Program-made: the position numbers and the translations under genes
Assembly (NCBI GenBank): GCA_964016885.1
Contig: OZ024742.1
Location: forward strand, 298,530,001 to 298,594,000
Source of the DNA: Eledone cirrhosa
Taxonomy: Eukaryota
Direction of reading: 5' to 3'
DNA: 64,000 nucleotides
Notes under the pieces: model-generated
Database searches by the model: none
What the model saw: the letters and a program-made list of their open reading frames with translations, nothing else
What the model was told of the DNA's origin: nothing
In this document: positions 53,707 to 64,000 of the stretch, piece by piece
Position numbering within the stretch: position 1 is the first letter of the stretch
Layout: each line of letters starts with the position of its first letter

Positions 53707-54115
53707 AGGAGAGATGATCCCTTAGCCTTTGTCAAGGCAGAATTCTAGGCGAAGGAAAACTCTGATATAACACCTGCAACCCTGATGGTATCCAATGATG
53801 TTGACTTGTTCTTCTTTTTGGTAAATATCATCTTGGTTAAGAGAGTGGGACTGGCTTTGTGCAGTGCCTTTGCTCACTATAAAAGCTTCACGGCACAGGC
53901 ATTGCTTTATATCTGGAGATCTCTCTGCACTTGTCGTCACATGGTACCATGGGCCCAGCACTATGTGTCAATAATTGTCGCAAGTGTAGTGTTTGTACCA
54001 GAGTTTTCAAGTCGCTGGCTGGACTAAAAAGTCACACTCGTTCAGCGCATTGGTAGGGGTTCTCCTACATTGATTTAAAGTAGTGGCCGTATTCGAAAAC
54101 GAGTTGGCAGCCACT
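53707..54115 (+). mobile_element. 5'-truncated copy of the 29083 RTE-derived retroposon
   Basis: Reverse complement of 29086-29491; followed by (TATG)n. Confidence 0.8.
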
Positions 54116-54201
54116 ATGTATGTATGTATGTATGTATGTATGTATGTATGTATGTATGTATGTATGTATGTATGTATGTATATATGTATGTATGTATGTA
54201 T

Positions 54202-54369
54202 GTGGGCCCAGCACTATGTGTCAATAATTGTCACAAGTGTAGTGTTTGTAACAGAGTTTTCAAGTCGCTGGCTGGACTAAAAAGTCACACTCGTTCAGCG
54301 CATCAGTAGGGGTTCTCCTACATGGATATAAAGTAGTGGCCGTACTCGAAAACGAGTTGGCAGCCACCA
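54202..54369 (+). mobile_element. Shorter 5'-truncated copy of the same retroposon
   Basis: Repeats 53950-54115; translates as CSVCNRVFKSLAGLKSHTRSAH; between (TATG)n tracts. Confidence 0.8.
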
Positions 54370-54403
54370 TGTATGTATGTATGTATGTATGTATGTATGT
54401 ATG

Positions 54404-54435
<32 letters not shown>

Positions 54436-56809
54436 ATGAGATTAATATCCCCACGGAAATATATATGGTGTCTATAATACATTTGTTGTTTAATGGTATT
54501 AATTTGAGATACCAGAATTATAAAATTGAGCATTTTGGACAGGTGAATATTTAAATCTTATTTTAATTTATTTAAAAGATTGTTTAATGTTTTCCTGTTC
54601 CGCTCATCTCAATTATATATATATATATACATACATATAATTGTATGTATATATATATGCATAATTCTGTATAATAAATTGATGAAAAATAACAACGAAG
54701 GAACATAATATTCAAAAGAAGTGGACTGTATTATATATATCATAGATACTAAAATCATTTGGGAGACGAAGCCAAACTATGCTTTTACACCGAAGGAAAC
54801 AAACAGTTTACGATATACAAGAATAAGGAAGCAATTATTTAAAATTGTGGAAACAAAATTGAAATCTCAATAAATGGGGAAAAGTATATTTTTGAAACAA
54901 GTCTTTCTTCACTTTAGCATTAAAATGGTGAGCTGACAGATTGACCTAATCGATTCATATAATTCTTTAGTTCCAGATCTTCTTTGATTGCATGACTCTA
55001 TGATCGGAGGCATGCCGGTAATAACCTTATAACTCCTTTTCATGCATTGTGTAACTCTAAATAGATCATTCAACGTTTTTACAATTTTAAGACAGTGATA
55101 TGCCTTGGCTGCTGTTTCTAGATTAGCTGTTTGCAATGAACCGCAATATAGTTGGTAGTTCATTGTCAAAAAGCTATGTTATACACACGTGTCTAAATAA
55201 ATGATTTAAGCATTGCAGAAGACTGAAATACATTTGACTTTGAACATGCATCTTGTATTATTGCTTAGATAGTCATAAGCACACACTTTCTTGAGCCAAC
55301 GAGAAGGCTTCAATGTAGTTACTCTATCTGCTGGAAAAAGTCTCCTTTAATCATACTCTAGCGCCTTAAAAGAACAAAACTCGTTGAATAGAGTTGTCCA
55401 AGGTAAACTATACGTTAAATTATGATTTTAATCATAAGCCTAGATCTGTTAGATTAGACTTCATCCAAAATACCACATAATGGGATTTAACACGCAACTT
55501 CATGATAGTTAAGTGAACTTCTTAGCCATTCGGTTGTTATGAATCCACAAAGATGTAGATATATAGGTTCCGAATCCTTTTCGAATAAAAACATTTAATT
55601 TGTGATTAAAAAATAAGTACGTGTCGGTGGCTGAGTATCCAGTGACCCAATGTGTAACATGGTTAGCCGTTTGAATTAAAGAAAGTTTATCCGAGTTACG
55701 GTCTTATGTGTGGTGCCGCTGTCCTTAACTTTTACCTTTTCCTTTTTTCGAGAAAGTTGGTTGGTGGATGGCGATCAAGAGAGAAATCAATAATATATTT
55801 CGTATGGAAGATGGTAATACAAAATCTATAGATAAAGCTAGAAATGAACAAATACATAAGTGGTGTGTATAAATTCTTTTTGTTATTATCAATCATTTTA
55901 AAGCTGTTGTGCGATTGTTCATATTCATCGAAGCTGTTAACAAGGTGTTTAGTTATTTTAACAAGAGAGTTTGTGGTGTAGTAGCTTCAACAAAAGAAAG
56001 CAGTTTAGAGATAAGGAGATCTAAATAGATTCAGAAACTTAGATTCTGAGAGTTAAATGTCGTTGTAGTTATCGGACAAATACATCTAACCATTGCTTTT
56101 GTGAAATCTATTCTCAAGAGAATAAATATATATATACCGTAGAACATACGCGTGTATGTGTGTGTATATATCTAATAAATAATGGACACATATATAAGCA
56201 TGCGTGTGTGTGTGTGTATAATGTACAATTCACACAGGTATATACATATACACCTCCTCTTTCTCAAGATTTATGTGAGTATATACATATACTTGAGAAA
56301 GAGGAGGTGAGTAAAGGATGAAGAGGGGGGGAGAGACAGAAGTGAGACAGGGAACATTGTTGACATGGCTGCAACAACTTTAGTACATTCTCCACAAACA
56401 TGTTTGTCTTTTAATTTCATGAACTCTAAATATATATTTTAGAACGATGTTGTGAGATTTTAATGTTTGTGTGTGAGACAGATGGATATAAAAATACGGT
56501 ACAATCATTATAATCTAGATTTATGCAGAGCACATCCTACATAAGAAAATCCAAAATTTAATGTAAGTATAACTAGCTTTAATCTATAAGCCTCATTGTG
56601 AAAATGAATAAAATATAATCACATGTTGTTATTCTCTTCATGTACAAAGACATAAGAGATTGCTTTTACATCATTTACGGCTAGTTGACTGCTCCTCACG
56701 AGAAAATATCCTTCAGTCCACAACGAGAAAATACAGAAATCGCTACTTAACTTCCCTGTCTGTCCGTTTTCTCTCTCTCTATCTTCACACACACACACTA
56801 GTTCTATAC

Positions 56810-57190
56810 TACTATAAACTTCACCACCAATGAGTCTATACATAAGATAAGCAGACTCATTGACTGCTTAATGAACACAACCACAAGGATATGGTCCGAA
56901 CGTGAAAGAGCCGAACTCCCAATGTCATCGCCTCCATCTCTCCCGCCCTCCCCATCTCTCCGTATGGTGAGCAAATAGGGTCCCACGTGCTGGCCTCCCC
57001 ACAGCGCCGGCAGACAGAATGGAGAAGGCGTTTGCCCGGAGGATGGTAAGGGAGATTCGCTGGAAGAGCCATTCCAACTCGTGAAGCTCACACCTGCGGC
57101 TGGCTAGATCAGCGCCTATGGTGGTGAGTAGGGAGGTAGCCCTAGGGCCAAGGACACCAGAAGTCTCCACTGCCGAGGGTACAACCAACC
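56810..57190 (-). mobile_element. 3' fragment of a CRE-like non-LTR element (RLE C-terminus)
   Basis: VVPSAVETSGVLGP...LFQRISLTILRANAFSIL matches the P.AVET.G..G...QR.S....RGNA pattern. Confidence 0.7.
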
Positions 57191-60100
57191 GCGAACCTGT
57201 CGGAGAGCGACCGGCACTGTAAGGGCTACCGCTACAACGATTAGTGCAATTTATTTGTGGGCGCAATAATAAATATTCTTGTTTTCTGATGAGCAAATTA
57301 GCTGTAAGTTGTGTAAAAGCAATCTCTTATGGTTGTCTCTTTATGAAGATAATAAGAAAATGTATTTACATTTATTTATTTTTACGATGAATATTATAAT
57401 TCAAAACTTCACTATATTAAAGTTTTCTTATGCATATATAAATATGTGTGAGTAATATGTTTCGAATGATACGAAAGTACGTGATGTATCGGATTTTATG
57501 CTCGGTCAGGTGATAAGTCCTACAATAATTCGGACTGGTGATGTGCTGATGTGTGTGGTAATTTCTGCAGTGATGGTTAGTCTTTCTGCCACTTGTATGG
57601 GAAGAGGAGATTCTGTTATAAGGCAGGTGTTTATCACTAAGTGAGCATTGCCGTACTGTGTAGAAGAGAATTAGTTTCTACTGTGATACTGTCAGTTGTC
57701 GCTAGATAATGATCCGGTAGTGTAATGCTTTGGATGGTTACACTTTTTCAGATATGAGGAACATTTTCATATGCCTGCATGCGAACAATATTTTAGACAT
57801 CCTGTTTAACACATGAAAACGCTGAGTCAAGTTCTCTATCAGACATTTAAATAATTTAAATACGAGATTGCAGTTTTGACTATGGTTTAACGTAATTTTA
57901 CTATCCTTCATTTTCCACATGTAATAGGAAAGAAATGATGCATTGATTTATACATGGTGATTTATACATGGTTATGAAGAAATCCATGGTCCTAGATTTA
58001 AATGTCTTTTGAAGCCAATGTAGTCTTTAGGTTTATGAGCCGTTGTTATCTTTGCTCTACACACGATCGCACTTATAACCTACTCACCGTTAAATGGTGC
58101 TTCTGTAATAGAAATCTTGTGGTTGAGGTGAAGTGGTTTTGTTTGGATAAGACGCAATAATATTTAATCAATTGTAGCTTAACTTAAAAGCGTTCTTATT
58201 GCAGAGCAATGGGTTAAAATCCTTATAAAATGAGCGTAGAATCAGATATATTTTACAATTTCCTGTCGCTATAAAGCTAGTATTATGTGCATGCATGAGT
58301 ATTGTAAGCTCTTCAATAAAACCAAAATAATCTAAATTGTGTATATAATATCGTATATCAAGTATCTAACCACTAACAAAATCATACAAACAGAAACGAC
58401 TCGCCCAGATTGTCAGAATCGGAAAGCACAAATACTATATATTGGTAACTTAAAGGCAAATGACTTAAGAAGCTGCTTTTGATAGAGCAAATATATATCA
58501 ACGGCTACAGGATTCCAGAAGTACATCACCTCTATACAGTACTACAGTAATAAAATGAATGGGCTCAGCATGACCGAATGGTTAGGATCTCGCTTTACAT
58601 TCATAAGGTCCAAAGTTCAATCCTACTGCGTGACATATTAGACAAATGTGTACCATAGCCTTAGGTTGACCCAAGTCAAGACATGTGAAGAAAAAAAAAC
58701 GGCGTTAGCATGTTGAACATTTACAAGCCAAGTCCGTTGTTTATTTCTAGTCGTAATGTTTTACATATTCATCTGTTTTGGTAGTAATTTTGCATACAAA
58801 CATATATGTGAGTATAATTGCTACTTTTATGAAGGCAACATCGTGGAAAATATGAGTTACATAATGTGATAAGATAACATACAAATGTTTCTACATAAGT
58901 ATTTAAAATCTTATAAATATTGTAACATTAATTATAAACAAACACATTTGTAACGATTCACATTTGAAGGCAGTGGATGAATATGTTGAGACTGATAATC
59001 TAGAGGAATAATGGTGGAACCTAAAACTAAAAACTGCTACCAAATTAAAGCACAACCGGACTGATATTGTAGTTTGGGACCACGCATTAAAAACATGATC
59101 GGTTGTAGATGTCATCTGACTATACGGTAAGCAAAATGCAAGAGAAGGAAGATACAAATGTATCCTTGATGAAGAGTTTGCAGATCCAGTACCCAAAATA
59201 CACGTTCAGTTTAATACTTATTATAATAATACTTATTATTAGAGCTACCGACTGGATCAAAGTTGGATTTATGGAGAATGAATGTAGCTCCTTAATTCAC
59301 AATCTACAAATGGCCACGACATCTGGAACTTTCAAAATATGTAAAACATTATCCTAATTTAAGCGATGAAGGATTACACAAAGGGCGTTGAATATAACCT
59401 TTTTTTTTTACAACTTCGCCACCAGGAAGATGGCCGGGGAAAAACAAACTCAAAATGTTGAACACACACTCGTTGGACCTCTAATGACGAGTGTCCCAGT
59501 GGTTCCAGCAATTGAACAGCCTACTCAGGAAATCAACGTGCAAGTGTCTGAGCTTTATTCTTAACACGTAATTTCCAGTGAAATTCAATGTGACAGTGTG
59601 AAAAAACTAGTCTTTAGAATTACATATACAATTTATTGTTTCTAACAGAATATAGTGGAGCAGCGTAAAAGAAACTGCCGTACTGAAGGACACAACGTGC
59701 TGCTTGGAATCAAACTCACGATCGTACGATCGTGTGCCAAACACTAACCACTAAGCCATGCGTATTCACACAAGCATACACATACATACTTATTGCTTAA
59801 TATAGATATATCAAAACATTCCCAGATGAAGAATCGTTGCGAAGAATATATTTACCTAACAATTTTCTGGCCTTCTATTTCCATTCCATTGATTATGTTC
59901 ATGCATACGAGACTAATGCACACTTTAGAAATCCCTTGATGAATGTCATCATATTGACGTGGTGGACATAGTAAATGTTTAACTGTCTATATATGGTGAA
60001 CGATTTCATAATAACAGCAACAACAACAAACACCATAGGCGAGTTCTCGTGTATTTAGCGCCCTAGGCCAGACGTACAATGTACACTCCCTTCTCTCCGT

Positions 60101-60636
60101 TATGCGCTTCATTCTCCCAATTAAAATAATTTTAACTTACAGCATAGCTAGTTTTTGACGTGTCGTACTCTGACCATATTCCTGGAGAGAGATGTGCTCC
60201 GCCGGGCTTAAAATGCATGCCCAAGAAACGCCGTATGTCAATAGGGTGCCCCTACGACTCTATCAAGAGTTATGGGACCATACATACATACTCTGACCAT
60301 ATTAAGAAATTCCCCAAATCTGCATATTCACTACACAGTCCACATTCACTAACGCCAAATTATGTGACAAGTCATAGCACCATGCAACTCTACTGTTTTG
60401 TATATTTCCATTACGCTGTAACGTGACACATTTATTTATTGATTATATATTTGATTTATTAATACATTTCTTTATTAAACTAATCCTTTATGATTCAGTA
60501 ATGTAGTTCTCAGTGTTCTGCACCCTAGGCGATGGTCTAATTGGCCTTAATGTTAGCGACGGTTCTGCAAACACTGTTACAATATCAACATCAATGAAAT
60601 CAAGAGAAAGCTAGGTACATTTGACCACAAAACCAG

Positions 60637-60768
60637 AGCACTGCTGCTCGTAACGTTGAGAAGTGGACGATATCAATCTATCAGGATTTGGATCAACCGC
60701 TTTATTTTATACCGGTTACCGTGGAGAACGACCGTATCCTAGGTCCTCAGACTGCAATTTTAAAGTGA
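60637..60768 (+). mobile_element. Decayed CRE-like RLE fragment
   Basis: Manual translation STAARNVEKWTISIYQDLDQPLYFIPVTVENDRILGPQ resembles AA..E..K..KY..L...F.PVAVET.G.LGP. Confidence 0.5.
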
Positions 60769-61858
60769 GTAAAGTCTCTCCCTTCCTTCCCCTAATCCCC
60801 TATTTAATTTTTTTCTCCAATTTATTCTCTTTCATTCTTTAGTATTTTAATCTCATTTTTAAAAATATTTTCAATGGTTTATATTTGCAAATTGTAAAAT
60901 GTTTGAAGCATAAAAAGATCCATTTCAGCTCCTAAAGAAAATGGGAAATTAGCTAAAGATACATGTAGACTGCTAATTTGATACCAGTCAGTTGATAAAG
61001 CTTCACAAAAAACACATTAAAGAAAACGAAAAACAAGATATCTGCTCTTCTATGTAGCCGAAGCATAGTCGACTGGTTAAAATGATTGTATCTCAATTAT
61101 TGGGTCCCGACAGGGTCGGATTTAATGGAGGTTAGAGAGGGCAATTGCCCCGGGTTGGGGGGGGGGGCACCAGCGACGGTTGTAGCAATTTGTTTGTGTC
61201 CTCAGCTGGGCTTTTTAATTTAATATCTATATCTATAACTTTTCAATTCCAATTATTTGTGCCAGGCTAATTTTGATATGTAAAATTAGGGGATGTCTGT
61301 GTATTCTAATTTTTTTTGTGTCCATCCCCTCTTCCTCAAGGTCTAACTCCAACCCTGGGTCCCGGGTTCCATCGCAAAATATGGTGTCCGGCGCAAGGGC
61401 CGTTTACCGTCGCAAGAGGTCCACTCATACCTCGTGGGTGAAACTGGGCAGAGGAAAACCTTTTGGAAGCCCGTAGAATGGGAGATCCTCTGTCACGCCT
61501 AATCTCTCCATAAATGCACACGTGTCTGTGGAATGCTTAGCTACTTACGCGTTAATTTCGTAAGCAGACTGTTCTGTTAATCAAACAACTAGGACACTCA
61601 TCCTTGACACCGATGGAGTACATTCCATCCGTCCATTAATTCTCATGGCTGTTTACTTCTATACTTTCTTATTTACTCTTCGTTTCCTCTATCTCTCTGC
61701 GTGTGTATGTGTGTTTGCGCGTGCTCATGTTTATGTGCGTGTGTGCTTATTTATGTACGTGTATATAATTGTATGTGCGTGCCTGCATATGTTTGTAGGA
61801 TGCTTGCGTTTGCGTGTGTGTGCTTACGTGTGTGATTGCGTGTTTAGGTGCGTATGTG

Positions 61859-61922
<64 letters not shown>

Positions 61923-62667
61923 CTTAGGTGGTTGAGTGCGTGTTTAGGTGCGTCTGTGCATTTGTGTGTGTGTGCATGTTACCGTGTGAGTGTGTATGTG
62001 TACGTACGACTGTGTGTATGCGCATGTTACTGTGTGTATGTGGACGTACGTTGGTGTGTATATGCATGTCACTGTGTGTATGTGCATATGTACATACGTC
62101 TGTGTTTGTGTGTATGTTTGTGAGACTATTTTTTCATTCGGATGGTTAGCCGGATAGGTTTATATAAAGTACGTGCGTGGTTTTATTGTGTTTTTTTTTT
62201 GTCTCAATTTCTGTCTGTTGATGTTTATTGTTTTCTTTCTCCAGATAGGAGGAGTATTCCAATTAATTTCCATAAGAATTAGCTAAATCCATACCATTGG
62301 CCCACTTGAGTCACTTCCCTCAGCTCACATTTTTCTAACTATTTCATAAATAACTATAAGGTTTAAACTTGTAGCATTGAAGAAGTTGAGTGGGGGAAAC
62401 ATTTTCAAAATATTAAAGAAATCATAAAAATATGAATGTTACAACGATATTCTTCATATACAGTTGACATTACTACTAGACCAGGCAATTGTAGCTTAGA
62501 AATATTTTACCAGCCTAACCAAAAGAATCTGCAACATTCCATTTCAGCAAAGCTGATTCTTGTGAGAAACTGAGTCGTATTAACCAATAGCCGATGCCTT
62601 AGGATTTCAGATATTTTGAGCTTCCTATGGCACTTCAATGTGTCACTCCACTATAACAATCACGCAC

Positions 62668-62709
<42 letters not shown>

Positions 62710-62713
62710 CAGT

Positions 62714-62887
62714 CCCCTAGATATATTACTTTTCCTACAGCTTATGGAGGTTTATATTAAACCACTGATACAAGGAAAACCATCTTGTGAGACTTAATGC
62801 CCTCCCTAGATGCATTATTTTGGCTATAGCTTATGGAGGCTTGTATTACACCACTGACACAAGGACGATCATCTTCTGAGACTTAAC
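62714..62887. repeat. Two-copy ~90-bp diverged tandem repeat
   Basis: ccctagat...agcttatggagg...accactga.acaagga...catctt.tgagacttaa occurs twice. Confidence 0.7.
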
Positions 62888-63156
62888 CGCTAGCATTTAA
62901 ACCAGCCATATCTGGTCAGAATTCTCTCATCTTTTTCTGATCTAATCAGCTGTAACCAGCTGCTCATACTGATGTTAAGGTATTGTTCTCAAAATAAATA
63001 ATATCAAAATCTCGTAGATTCGATATTATGTCAAATAAACTGTTAACCATGAAAATACAATAGTAAATATAGACTAATATAAACGCTAAAGGGTTAAGGC
63101 CCTATAACAGATTGAGAGAGAGAGAGAAATTGTGCAGAATCCCGTGTGTATGTATA

Positions 63157-63332
63157 TATATATACATACATACATACACGGGTTCTGCATGGTTTCCGTT
63201 TTAAAAATGTCACTCTGACGGCATTAGTCAACCAGAGGTTACACTTGCACAAGATGCTACTGAGTGGGACTGAATCAGAAACTACGTAGTTGCGAAGTGG
63301 CTTCTTTACTCGCACATCCGTACCCGCGCCTA
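63157..63332 (-). mobile_element. Diverged tRNA-derived SINE (third family; relatives at ~58560 and ~61350)
   Basis: Minus strand tRNA-like head (gattcagtccc) and ggaaac...aacccgt tail. Confidence 0.45.
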
Positions 63333-63594
63333 ATAGATGTCATTGAGTAAATTATCATGACTATAAAAGAGTCAGTGTATGTATCAGCTTCTTACCCCAA
63401 ATAGATGACACTACATACTAGCTAACCTAATTCTCTATACGAAGATATGATATGATGGTCTGATAACAGCTGTTATGACAAACTCTCAATGTACTGACTA
63501 CTATAAAATGTCGCATCCATTGATATACAGAAAGAAAAAAAAATACATCCTCCATTGCTAAAGGAAAATACTTTTTTATTCTGAGATTCATTAC

Positions 63595-64000
63595 TGTTTA
63601 CCAGTAATGTACTGATTAATTGCTGGCCTTGTGCCAAATGTAGAAACAATTATTATTATTTTTTTAATCAATAGAGCGTTTCGTTCTGAGTTCAAATCTC
63701 GGTGAGGGTAGCTTTGTTTTCATCCTTACAGAGTCGACAAAATAAATTACCAGTCACGCACTGGGGTCGATTTAATCGATTTCCCCTCCCCCACATTTGC
63801 TGGCCTTGTACCTATAGTGTAAATCATTATTATTTGCATCGGTAGAGCGTCGGACAACATGCTTTGCAGCATATAGTTTTGTCCCTTGAGAGTTCAAATC
63901 CATCCGAGGTTAGCTTAGCCGCTTTCGGGGTCGATAAAATAAAGTACCAGTAACGCACAAGGGTCAATTTACTCGACTTTACCCTCCCGCTAAATTGTTG
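63595..64000 (+). mobile_element. Cluster of three partial SINE copies (7260 family)
   Basis: gagttcaaatc, gtcgataaaataaagtaccag and tgctggccttgt motifs are repeated. Confidence 0.75.

Noticed and set aside
60035-61330. Possible hAT-type MITE ends (cgccctagg motifs, cagggtcggatt)
   Set aside because: Could not pair TIRs or find an 8-bp TSD with confidence.
62225-62290. Strong polypyrimidine-CAG acceptor followed by IGGVF
   Set aside because: That frame stops after 13 codons and no clear donor site follows.

Overview
AT-rich eukaryotic non-genic or intronic DNA, very probably octopus or another cephalopod. That call is inferred from the SINE families and the huge (TA)n/(TACA)n tracts. No host protein-coding exon could be supported, and almost all long ORFs in the track are IYIY microsatellite artefacts. 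Real coding remnants are a CR1/L2-group LINE RT (13.2-14.5 kb, -), an RTE C-terminus (26.9-27.4 kb, +), a Penelope-like element (PLE) with RT C-terminus plus GIY-YIG endonuclease (33.6-36.2 kb), and two CRE-like RLE fragments. The main hidden signal is a dense set of type I hammerhead ribozyme (HHR) motifs, read by eye: 15 have an intact CTGANGA...GAAA...NUH core with pairing stems, and about a dozen more are degenerate or half copies. They sit in short non-coding elements inserted in microsatellites, as partial tandems (514, 557 and 639 nt monomers) or head-to-head palindromes. Several families share a TACTC-Nx-GAGTGCTT 3' hairpin with the coding PLE, which points to a microsatellite-targeting PLE/retrozyme-like system. 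SINEs, two non-autonomous Helitrons, MITEs and a 200-nt N gap fill the rest. All folding and coordinates were derived manually and need computational confirmation.
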